Below, in pieces: positions 9,813 through 18,562 of a DNA stretch of 60,794 nt. A program made the translations under genes and the position numbers. Under the pieces are notes generated by a model. That model made no database searches and had not been told where the DNA came from. It saw only the letters and a list, made by a program, of their open reading frames with translations. The number at the start of each line of letters is the position of its first letter. Position 1 is the first letter of the stretch. Source of the stretch: Bacteroidota bacterium (lineage in GTDB: Bacteria; Bacteroidota; Bacteroidia; NS11-12g; UBA955); the NCBI GenBank assembly GCA_046047755.1, contig JBJOHK010000114.1, positions 1 to 60,794 of the forward strand, written 5' to 3'.

Positions 9813-10736
9813 ATGAAATTGGAAGACATTGGCGCCTATTCCGACTTGGAATTATTGGTTAAAGAAGCCATGTCTGGGCCAAGCATTGGCAAATACCACA
9901 GTCCCTATCACGGTTATTCGGTAGAGTTTTCACAGCACAAGGCTTACACGCCGGGAGAGAGCATTCGCCACTTGGATTGGAAATTGCTGGCTCGTACGGA
10001 AAAACCCTACTTGAAAGTCTTCAACGCAGAAACCAATTTGAACGCCTTGCTGTTGATGGACGTATCCCCTAGCTTGAACTTCCCCGCAGAGCAATATTCA
10101 AAATTGAGATTTTCATTGTTCTTGAATGCCTGCTTAGCGATGGCTCTGCAAAAAGGGAGAGATGGTGTGGGCCTAGTAGAATGGAATCAAGACCAAATGA
10201 GAATCAGCGATGTTCGATCTTCCCAACTACACCTGCACAAATTGCTAGCCACACTGGACCAATATTGGAATCAACACCAATCTGGCCGGCCAAAACCCTC
10301 TTTGGAGCAAGAAATGAATTGGGTCGAACTGGTTCGTCAAAGCGGTAGACGATCGTTGGTTGTCATCAGTACAGATTTGGAATTCCATCAAGATCAACCC
10401 GAACAGAAGAAAAACTTTGAAGAGGCGTTGACCCTGCTTCGCCATCAGCATTGTGAAGTTTTGCTTTTTCACATTCAGCACGGCCAAATGGAAACCTTGT
10501 TGAATATCGATTCAAAAGGCCCAACCAAATTTGTGGACTTGGAAACAGGTGAACAGTTGAAACTCGACCCCAGTTTATTCCGCCAATCCTATCAAAAATC
10601 ACTACAGGAAGAGAATGCCTATTGGAAGTCGCTTTGCCTGAGCTTGGGAGTAGATTATCAGTGGGTCGATGCCTCTGACCACATTGAAATTCCCATTAGA
10701 ACCTTTTATTCTAGAAGGAACGCTCTGTTTCGTTAA
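9813..10736 (+). CDS. DUF58 domain-containing protein
   Basis: The core GYSVEFSQHKAYTPGESIRHLDWKLLARTEKPYLKVFNAE matches the DUF58 signature (E/DFxxxRxYxPGDxxRxIDWK). Confidence 0.75.
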   Translation: MKLEDIGAYSDLELLVKEAMSGPSIGKYHSPYHGYSVEFSQHKAYTPGESIRHLDWKLLARTEKPYLKVFNAETNLNALLLMDVSPSLNFPAEQYSKLRFSLFLNACLAMALQKGRDGVGLVEWNQDQMRISDVRSSQLHLHKLLATLDQYWNQHQSGRPKPSLEQEMNWVELVRQSGRRSLVVISTDLEFHQDQPEQKKNFEEALTLLRHQHCEVLLFHIQHGQMETLLNIDSKGPTKFVDLETGEQLKLDPSLFRQSYQKSLQEENAYWKSLCLSLGVDYQWVDASDHIEIPIRTFYSRRNALFR

Positions 10737-12076
10737 CGAATGGCTTCAAATTTCAATCGGCTGCCACGGCAATGGGGGTCTATTTGACCGTTTTGGTAGC
10801 CCAAATGTCCATTCACCCACACATTCTCAATGCTATGAGAGAATTCCTGGCCCTCTAGGGGTGTCCAAGCACATTTATACTCCAGGTCACCTCGATTCAC
10901 CTTTGTGGATTTGGTAGAAACATGAACCAAGTCTGCCCAATACCCTTCTCTGATGTAGCCTCTATCCAACATTCTGTAGCAATCAGCCACGGCATGAGAC
11001 ATCTTTTCAACTACGCGTTCAAGGGAAATATCACCCTGCTTGGCGTGCTCCAACATCAGCTGCAAGCTATGTTGAACCAGGGGAAGTCCACTAGGAGCCT
11101 TGCTATAATCTGTTGTATTCTTTTCTTCCCAGGTGTGCGGGGCGTGATCGGTGGCAATGACGTCCAATCTATTGTCTAACAAGGCTTTCCACAATGCCAA
11201 TCTATCTGACTCTTTTTTAATGGCCGGATTGCATTTGATCAAGAATCCCAAACGCTCATAATCAGCGTCTGAAAAATGCAAATGATGCACACATACTTCT
11301 GCCGTTACGCGCTTTTCACGAAGGGGAATGTCATGGCGGAACAAATCCAATTCTAAGGCACTAGTCAAATGCAGAATATGCAATCGTGTGCCGTATTTTT
11401 TAGCTAACTCTACCGCTTGACTGGAAGACAGGTAGCAGGCCAAATCGTCTCTAATGATGGCGTGTTCACTAGGGGGCACTTGCAAACCATAGGCATCTAT
11501 TGCTGCCTTTGTGCGCTCCTTTACGCGATCTTCACATTCGCAATGAACGGCGACCAAGGTAGGACTATTGGAAAAAATCGCTTCTAAAGCGGCTGGTTTG
11601 TCCACCAGCATATTTCCCGTTGAGCTACCCATAAAAATTTTTACACCGCATACATCTTCGGTTGATACTCGCTTTACTTCTTCGATATTTTCATTCGTGG
11701 CTCCAAGATAGAAGGAGTAATTCACGGCTGAATCAGTGGCACCAATGGCAAACTTGTCTTCTAAGGCCACCAAACTCACTGTTTGAGGAATAACATTGGG
11801 CATTTCCATGAAAGAGGTAACCCCTCCTTTCAATGCGGCTCTACTCTCAGTAGCAATCTGTGCTTTATGCGTAAGACCGGGCTCTCTAAAATGAACCTGA
11901 TCATCAATAACACCAGGAAGCAAGTAATCACCTTTCAAATCGACATGAAGGCAAGAGCCATTGTCATTGATTTGATTTCCTATTTTCTCAATTCGTCCAT
12001 TCTCAATTAGGAGATCGGTTTCTACACGCTGTCCCTCATTGATTACTAGGGCATTGTGAATAATGGTTTTGCTCAT
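10733..12076 (-). CDS. pyrC: Dihydroorotase (long, ~445-aa type)
   Basis: The metal-binding motif LLPGVIDDQVHFREPGLTHKA, together with ATDHAPH and the amidohydrolase fold length, supports the call. Confidence 0.85.
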   Translation of the reverse strand: MSKTIIHNALVINEGQRVETDLLIENGRIEKIGNQINDNGSCLHVDLKGDYLLPGVIDDQVHFREPGLTHKAQIATESRAALKGGVTSFMEMPNVIPQTVSLVALEDKFAIGATDSAVNYSFYLGATNENIEEVKRVSTEDVCGVKIFMGSSTGNMLVDKPAALEAIFSNSPTLVAVHCECEDRVKERTKAAIDAYGLQVPPSEHAIIRDDLACYLSSSQAVELAKKYGTRLHILHLTSALELDLFRHDIPLREKRVTAEVCVHHLHFSDADYERLGFLIKCNPAIKKESDRLALWKALLDNRLDVIATDHAPHTWEEKNTTDYSKAPSGLPLVQHSLQLMLEHAKQGDISLERVVEKMSHAVADCYRMLDRGYIREGYWADLVHVSTKSTKVNRGDLEYKCAWTPLEGQEFSHSIENVWVNGHLGYQNGQIDPHCRGSRLKFEAIR

Positions 12077-12080
12077 GTTG

Positions 12081-14582
12081 TTATCTCAGCAGGGTAAAAT
12101 TACCCATCAAGGTGCGGCGCTCGTTGTCACAACCTATCCAAGTGGCTAGGTAAACATAAACTCCAGCTGGAGCCTCTTCCCCATTGATGCGACCGTCCCA
12201 ATTGAAATCAGGACTTTCGAGCTCCGCCAACTTTTCACCCCAACGGTTGTATAGCTTGACATTGTACAAACTACCCTTGACCTTGTATTGGTTCATGGGG
12301 TAGAAATCGTTTAATCCGTTGCCATCAGGAGTGAAGGCACTGGGCATGTATATCACCGACGGATACAGGTCTTTCTTCTTATCGATCCAAACAGTGTCAG
12401 AATTCCAACAACCTTCTTGATCCTTCACCCAAACTACATATTGACCAGAATCATAGGCCACGATGCGCTGTGTAGATTCACCCGTATTCCAACGGTAAAT
12501 AGCCATTCCGGGACCCGCATCCAAAGTGGGATTTTCCGATAAACACAGAACGGTATCGGACCCCAAGTTCAATCCCGGCAAAGGGAACAAACTTACCATC
12601 AGAGAATCAGCCTCGTAGCAGCCCTGTGAATTGGACCATTCGGCCTTGATTTTACCGGGTTTGGTCAGACGAAAATCGGGACCTAAAATCTCATTGTTCC
12701 ACACCACATTGCTAAGACCTTTTTGATTGATGGTCAACAGCGTATCAATGCCTGAACAGAAGCGCAAATCGGGTCCCAATTGAAACTCTATGGGGTGATA
12801 ACCCAGTTGAAAGGTATCCTGATCGAAACACAGCCCAATGGTTACTCTTACCCAATAGGATCCAATTCCATTGGTGGTCCAGTACCTGCCCTTGGCACCC
12901 GTACTCCATTCGGTAATAGCCGGTGTCGGATTCTTAGAATCCAATTCTATACTGCTCTCTCGGCAATATAGGGTATCCCGAATGTCAACCTCAACGGGCG
13001 GGAATAGATAAATGAAGCCCGTATCGAAGCTTATGCACTTATTCTCGGTGGTACCTTTTAACACATAGAAACCCGGTTGGGTAACTCGAATGCTGGGACT
13101 CGTTTGATTGGTGCTCCATTCCAACAGTCCTTTTGACCATGCGGAAGAACCCATCGGCCAGGAAGCGCGCAAATTTTGCACGATGGGATCATAGGTACAG
13201 AAAACCGTATCTCCCACCACTTGAACTCGATCGGTATCAGAGCCTATTTCAATGGTATCCTGCCAATAACAGGATTTGATATACTGCCTAACCCAATATT
13301 GACCAGGCTGAGTGATGACCAAAGAATCATCATACGAGCCGGTACTCCAACGGTATGAATCTCCTTTGGTAGACGAACGAACGATGATTTTACTGCCCTT
13401 GCAGAGAATGGTATCGTTGGGCAGTTTTGGCAAAATGGGGTCTACCACATTGACCAAGGCTTCAAAGCTGTCTACGCAGGTATTCTTATAGGCATACAAC
13501 TTCACTTTGTACGCCCCCGCTTTGGGAAAGGTGTACTGAGGAGAACCACTATTGGACGTATCATTGGTCAATGAGTCTATGCCAAAATTCCAACTGTATC
13601 GCTGTCCACCCGCACTCTGATTTTGAAACTGATAGGTAAGCCCACAGACAATTTTGGGTACGAAATAACCCGCTACCACATCAATCACACAGGCCTGTAC
13701 ATTGAACTGATAATCCCGCAGGGTTTCACCAATTAACACCCCGTTTCGATATTCTTTCACTTTGATACCCACCACGTATTGACCGGCTCTCGTGGGAGTC
13801 ACGGTTAGTAAACCTGTGAAAGTATCAATCTCCATCTTGGGGTTTCCGTTGATAGGATCGGAATAATTGTAAGTAGGCCAAAGAAAAGTTACCTGGGAGA
13901 AGGGCGGCTGCTGCATCTGAAAGGCATTGGTTGGCATTGGATCAGCTGAAGTAGCCCCTCTGTATGGTTGGTACAATTCGTAAGTAAGGCTGTCGCCATC
14001 GGCATCAGTGGCCGAATGGTCAAATTTCAAAGGCGTATTGGTGCACAGAAAGTTGGGAGGCAATTCCTTGAATATAGCCGCCGTATTTCCATCCTTATTT
14101 TTGAACGGACTGGCATCAGGGATGTGGGTCCAAAAATTGGCTCCTGTACTTCCTGGCTGGCTCAAATTGGAAATGGACCCATTGCGGCAGCATCTCTGGT
14201 AGGAAACATAATAACCTCCTGAATTGGGCGGCAATGTAACAGTCAATTCATACCAATAGTGATCCACACAGGCATTCGGAGCCACCTTGATGCAATTGTA
14301 GTTGGTTTTTTGAATGCGCTTAGGCCCAGAACGTGTTACGCTTTTGGGATATCCGCTGAGCATTTTGTTATTGCTCCCGTTGAATATGCTGATATAAGCC
14401 GTATAATCTTGGGAAATCGCTTGATCACTGCCGTTTAGGCAATCCATGTATATATCCAAACGAAGCTTGTATTGGTTGTTTCCCAAATACGTATAGGTCA
14501 TTTCTCCACCAGCTATGTGAGTCGCCGACGCTTGAGCGGCGAACAAACAGGCAAAGAGAAACGCCAATTGTTTGAACATCAT
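12081..14582 (-). CDS. Secreted multidomain protein with T9SS type B (gliding motility-associated, CHU_C) C-terminal sorting domain
   Basis: The signal peptide is followed by ATHIAGGEMTY. There is a PKD-like segment (YSWNFGIDS...YKVKLYAY) and five Cys-bracketed ~60-aa modules. The C-terminus is PSAFTPDGNGLNDFYPM...LYNRWGEKL...WDGRINGEEAPAGVYVYL. Confidence 0.8.
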   Translation of the reverse strand: MMFKQLAFLFACLFAAQASATHIAGGEMTYTYLGNNQYKLRLDIYMDCLNGSDQAISQDYTAYISIFNGSNNKMLSGYPKSVTRSGPKRIQKTNYNCIKVAPNACVDHYWYELTVTLPPNSGGYYVSYQRCCRNGSISNLSQPGSTGANFWTHIPDASPFKNKDGNTAAIFKELPPNFLCTNTPLKFDHSATDADGDSLTYELYQPYRGATSADPMPTNAFQMQQPPFSQVTFLWPTYNYSDPINGNPKMEIDTFTGLLTVTPTRAGQYVVGIKVKEYRNGVLIGETLRDYQFNVQACVIDVVAGYFVPKIVCGLTYQFQNQSAGGQRYSWNFGIDSLTNDTSNSGSPQYTFPKAGAYKVKLYAYKNTCVDSFEALVNVVDPILPKLPNDTILCKGSKIIVRSSTKGDSYRWSTGSYDDSLVITQPGQYWVRQYIKSCYWQDTIEIGSDTDRVQVVGDTVFCTYDPIVQNLRASWPMGSSAWSKGLLEWSTNQTSPSIRVTQPGFYVLKGTTENKCISFDTGFIYLFPPVEVDIRDTLYCRESSIELDSKNPTPAITEWSTGAKGRYWTTNGIGSYWVRVTIGLCFDQDTFQLGYHPIEFQLGPDLRFCSGIDTLLTINQKGLSNVVWNNEILGPDFRLTKPGKIKAEWSNSQGCYEADSLMVSLFPLPGLNLGSDTVLCLSENPTLDAGPGMAIYRWNTGESTQRIVAYDSGQYVVWVKDQEGCWNSDTVWIDKKKDLYPSVIYMPSAFTPDGNGLNDFYPMNQYKVKGSLYNVKLYNRWGEKLAELESPDFNWDGRINGEEAPAGVYVYLATWIGCDNERRTLMGNFTLLR

Positions 14583-14625
14583 TCGAAAATAACCCCAAAA
14601 AGGGCTAAAATGTTGGCGAAGCTTG

Positions 14626-15717
14626 TCAGAATTTCTTCAGCACTTCCACTACTCTATCCATTTCTTCATTCGTCATTTCCGGAAACATGGGTAGAGAAAC
14701 ACAATTGGAGGCTAAATATTCTGAGTGCGGAAAGTCGCCTTCTTTATGGCCTAAATGGGAATAGGCCTTTTGCAAATGGCATGGAATGGGGTAATGAAAA
14801 GCATACCCCACGCCTTCCGCATCCAAATGTGCCAAAAAGGCTTTTTTGTCGTCGGGAATAACAACGGCTAAATGATACACCGATTCAGCAGCAGGCTCTT
14901 CTTGCTGAAATTTGAGTCTCGGATTCTGCACATTGCGGTAGGCATGGGCGATCTCACGTCGGCGCTTGTTCCAAGAGTCCAAATGTGGAAGTTTCACTGA
15001 TAAAACTGCGGCTTGAAGACCCTCCATACGCATATTGAAGCCCAAGGTTTCATGGTGGTATCGCTCTTTGGAACCGTGATTTTTCAGCATTTGAATGGTT
15101 TCTCCAAGTTCGGTTGAGTGGCCAAATACGGCACCACCTTCACCATAGGCACCGAGGTTTTTACCCGGATAGAAACTGGTTGTTGACAGCGTTCCGAACT
15201 GTCCCACCCGTTTGCCTTCATAGGTTGCCCCCATGGCTTGAGCATTGTCTTCTAAAAGATGTAAATTATGTTTATCACAAATTTGCTTTAAAGCCTTTAC
15301 ATTAAATGGTTGTCCGTACAAATGCACGCCTATAATAGCTTTGGTACGCGAAGTAATTTTTGACTCTGCTTGAACAGGATCAATGTTCCATGTGTGGGGG
15401 TCGCAATCAGCAAAAACAGGAGTAGCCCCCACATAACTCACGCCCCAAGCCGTTGCAATGAAAGTATTTGCGGGAATAATGACCTCATCTCCATGGCCAA
15501 TGCCTAAAGCCAACAAAGCCAACTGAATTGCATTAGTTCCATTGTTGACTCCAACGGCAAATTGAGTTTCATTGAATTCGGCCAGTTCTTGCTCCAATTT
15601 TTGTACAAATGGGCCGCCAGAAAAGGCTGTATTATCCATGACTTCTTGCATGGACTGCCATACATCGTCTTTCAACATGTTGTATTGGCGCTTGAGGTCA
15701 AAAAAAGGAACCTTCAT
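14626..15717 (-). CDS. DegT/DnrJ/EryC1/StrS family sugar aminotransferase
   Basis: VQKLEQELAEFNETQFAVGVNNGTNAIQLAL, the TSFYPGKNLGAYGEGGAV segment (PLP-lysine region), and a 363-aa length fit this family. Confidence 0.85.
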   Translation of the reverse strand: MKVPFFDLKRQYNMLKDDVWQSMQEVMDNTAFSGGPFVQKLEQELAEFNETQFAVGVNNGTNAIQLALLALGIGHGDEVIIPANTFIATAWGVSYVGATPVFADCDPHTWNIDPVQAESKITSRTKAIIGVHLYGQPFNVKALKQICDKHNLHLLEDNAQAMGATYEGKRVGQFGTLSTTSFYPGKNLGAYGEGGAVFGHSTELGETIQMLKNHGSKERYHHETLGFNMRMEGLQAAVLSVKLPHLDSWNKRRREIAHAYRNVQNPRLKFQQEEPAAESVYHLAVVIPDDKKAFLAHLDAEGVGYAFHYPIPCHLQKAYSHLGHKEGDFPHSEYLASNCVSLPMFPEMTNEEMDRVVEVLKKF

Positions 15718-15718
15718 G

Positions 15719-16216
15719 TTAATTTGCTAGGTAAACGCGCAGAGATTCAGGATTAGAGTTATCGAAATACACATGATCCTGTAAGGTGGTCGCTACACTC
15801 CTTCCTACCCAGTTGGCAGCAATCGGATAGTTTCGATATTCTCGCTCCGCTAAGAAGGCCGTTTGGATGCTTTTGGCACCCACTTGAAAATAAGCGGCAA
15901 CTACACGTGCCACACTACGACCCGAATTGATCACATCATCCATGATTATTACGGGCTGGCCAGCTACATCTTGTTTTTGGTTTTCAGACAAGTGAATATC
16001 AGATTCAGCATTGACTGCATGAATGATCAACTTTAGAGTGGGTAGAACCGAAGTTAATTCTTTGGCCACTAGGTCTGTCAAAAACTGTCCCCGTTCATTC
16101 ATACCGACTAACACTAAGGTGTTCGACTCAACGTGGCTTTCGGCCATTTGAAAGGCAATTCTGCGCAGAATAGCACAAATCTGTTGGTGGTTCAGAATAT
16201 TGGTTTGGCTATCCAT
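15719..16216 (-). CDS. Phosphoribosyltransferase family protein (PyrR-like)
   Basis: The PRPP-binding loop is PVIIMDDVINSGRSVA. The N-terminus (ILRRIAFQMAE...LVLVGMNERG) resembles PyrR/UPRTase. A regulatory role is not established. Confidence 0.6.
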   Translation of the reverse strand: MDSQTNILNHQQICAILRRIAFQMAESHVESNTLVLVGMNERGQFLTDLVAKELTSVLPTLKLIIHAVNAESDIHLSENQKQDVAGQPVIIMDDVINSGRSVARVVAAYFQVGAKSIQTAFLAEREYRNYPIAANWVGRSVATTLQDHVYFDNSNPESLRVYLAN

Positions 16217-16239
16217 GTTTCGAAAATAACACCCTAGAT

Positions 16240-16713
16240 TTAGATTTCTTGTTCTCCTCGCTGAATTTTACGCAACCTTCTGCGGTATGATTCACCTTGA
16301 ATCCATTGGGCCATCAGAGCATTCTCTTCTGCCTGATAAGGGAACCCTTGGAAGCCAGCCATTTGCTCCTTCCATGCGGCCAACTGATGCTCACGCTCGG
16401 CGAAAAGTAATTCAATTTCTGACTCTTGGGTACCGGCTTCCAATTCTTCCCCCAATTCCATCCAGGCCATCAAATCTGCGGCCGACAAAGGGAAATTGCG
16501 CTCATCAATTTGTTGCAATTCAAGCAAATGACGAGCTCTAGTAAGTTCATCTTTCAGCAATTCAAAGGCTCGATTTGACTGTTCACTGATATCCGAACCC
16601 GATGGGTTATGATCCGGATGATGGGCCCTTTGGGATTGTATGAATGCCGATCGTAAAGCTTTGTTATCGAGGCAAAAATCCGGAACTAAGCCCAAACACT
16701 CAAATGCATTCAT
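16240..16713 (-). CDS. J-domain co-chaperone, HscB-like
   Basis: MNAFECLGL...RAHHPDHNP is a J domain with the HPD motif, followed by a helical acidic C-terminal domain arranged as in HscB. The ATG at 16713 shares one base with the rseP stop (TGATG). The track's longer start 16746 would overlap rseP. Confidence 0.6.
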   Translation of the reverse strand: MNAFECLGLVPDFCLDNKALRSAFIQSQRAHHPDHNPSGSDISEQSNRAFELLKDELTRARHLLELQQIDERNFPLSAADLMAWMELGEELEAGTQESEIELLFAEREHQLAAWKEQMAGFQGFPYQAEENALMAQWIQGESYRRRLRKIQRGEQEI

Positions 16714-18077
16714 CAGAAGCCCAGTGCTCGTGAAATATCGACCCAAAATATGAAGACCATAAGGCTAAGCAGCATGACCATACCAATGATCTGGCCGACA
16801 TACAAAACCTTTTCACTCACGGGTCTTCGGGCGATCATTTCGTACAACAGAAAAACTACATGACCGCCGTCTAATGCAGGAATGGGAAGTATGTTCATCA
16901 AGGCCAAGACCAAGCTGAGCATAGCCGTCAAGGTCCAAAAATTCACCCAGTCAAAACTAGACCCATACATCTGGGCAATTCCAACGGGCCCTGCTATGGT
17001 CTTTTTGGGGTCTGTTTTACCCGTAAATACTTTGCCCAAGGCCTTGGCATTGGCACCCAATAGACCAAAACTTTTCGCAGTGCCTTCCTGAATGCTGGTG
17101 GCTAAGTCCAAGTCGACCACTTTTTCCCATTGACTCAGATCACCAAATTCTGGCATGAAACCCAGAGTTCCATCTTCCGAAATAGTCATGTAAGAAAGTC
17201 GGTGTAAACTATCAGGCTCTTCTGCTTTTCCCAATTCGAACTTAGCGGTGGTTCCTGCTTTGTCAATTAAGGCTTCTTTGAAACTGAAAAAGTCATACAC
17301 CTTTTGACCGTCAATTGAGTACACAATATCACCGGGCTCCATTCCCCCCTTTGAGGCGGCGGTTCCATTGACGCGTTTCACCGAAAAAGGCAAGCGCGCA
17401 CTCAACAATGGCAAATCAGCATATGGGCCTTGTGCCATTTCACCCAGCTGCTCTTCTGCATTAGCCGGAAGCTCCAAATCAAAGATTTTTCCTTCTCTTT
17501 CAATGCTAATCAATCGCTCGGAACCCATCAAAAATGACGCATCCAACACATCGTTCATGCGCTCCAGTTTGGTCCCGTTAATGGCCACCAACTTATCGCC
17601 AGTCTGCAAATCCCAGGTGCGAGCTACCGGATTGGCATAAATACCCCCTTGATCGTTGATGACTGACATGGGCAAATAGCGATCGCCTTGTTTGTAGGTA
17701 AGTCCAATCATAATGACAATACCCAAAATGAGGTTGACGACTACTCCCCCAATCATGACAATCAAGCGCTGCCAAGCGGGTTTGCTTCGAAATTCCCAAT
17801 CTTGTGGCTCAGAACTCAGCTGGTCTTTATCCAAGCTTTCATCAATCATGCCTGCGATTTTTACGTATCCGCCGAGTGGCAACCATCCAATACCGTATTC
17901 GGTATCGCCTTTTTTGAATGAGAATAGTTTGAACCCCCAAGCATCAAAAAACAAGTAGAATTTTTCGACTTTAATTCCAAAGGCTCTAGCCGCCAAATAA
18001 TGGCCCAATTCATGCAAAGTCACCAACAGACCTAAAGCCAGGATGAACTGAAAAATGGTTACAAGGGTATCCAACAT
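16713..18077 (-). CDS. rseP: RIP metalloprotease RseP (site-2 protease)
   Basis: It has the HELGHYLAARAFGIKVEKF zinc motif, PDZ-like segments, and the C-terminal NILPIPALDGGHV motif. Confidence 0.9.
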   Translation of the reverse strand: MLDTLVTIFQFILALGLLVTLHELGHYLAARAFGIKVEKFYLFFDAWGFKLFSFKKGDTEYGIGWLPLGGYVKIAGMIDESLDKDQLSSEPQDWEFRSKPAWQRLIVMIGGVVVNLILGIVIMIGLTYKQGDRYLPMSVINDQGGIYANPVARTWDLQTGDKLVAINGTKLERMNDVLDASFLMGSERLISIEREGKIFDLELPANAEEQLGEMAQGPYADLPLLSARLPFSVKRVNGTAASKGGMEPGDIVYSIDGQKVYDFFSFKEALIDKAGTTAKFELGKAEEPDSLHRLSYMTISEDGTLGFMPEFGDLSQWEKVVDLDLATSIQEGTAKSFGLLGANAKALGKVFTGKTDPKKTIAGPVGIAQMYGSSFDWVNFWTLTAMLSLVLALMNILPIPALDGGHVVFLLYEMIARRPVSEKVLYVGQIIGMVMLLSLMVFIFWVDISRALGF

Positions 18078-18101
18078 TAAAGCAAAGATAACGCAGAAGG
18101 C

Positions 18102-18557
18102 CTATGCAGAAAGGTTGGAATCGACAAGTTTCCACATGCGTCGATGAGGCAATCCCACTTCGACGAACTCCTGCCCTTCAACAACATATCCCAAAGCCAA
18201 ATAAAAAGGCAAAGCCGATTCTCGTGCATTCAAGACCAACTTTCCAATGCCAAGATTACGGCTAAGGTTCTCACAGAATTCAACCATTTGCTTTCCCAAA
18301 CCTCTGCGTTGAAACAGCTGACTAACGGCTACTTGTCTCATTTTTAAGGCTGTATCCTGCTCCACTTTTGAGAGTATGCAACAGGCGACAACCAAGCCAT
18401 TATAAAATCCAACTATATGATAATCAGATGCTTCCTTTTCAAGATCAGCCGGATCAAACAGAAGGTTAAGGGGTTTACGCAATACTTCGTCCCTCAAGCA
18501 CAACGATTGCCAATAAGCCATTGACTGGTGCGGAATTACTTGCCATTCCAGCCTCAT
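18102..18557 (-). CDS. GNAT family N-acetyltransferase
   Basis: The protein is 151 aa with the acetyl-CoA binding motif QRRGLGKQMVEF and a typical GNAT length. Confidence 0.75.
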   Translation of the reverse strand: MRLEWQVIPHQSMAYWQSLCLRDEVLRKPLNLLFDPADLEKEASDYHIVGFYNGLVVACCILSKVEQDTALKMRQVAVSQLFQRRGLGKQMVEFCENLSRNLGIGKLVLNARESALPFYLALGYVVEGQEFVEVGLPHRRMWKLVDSNLSA

Positions 18558-18562
18558 CTTAA

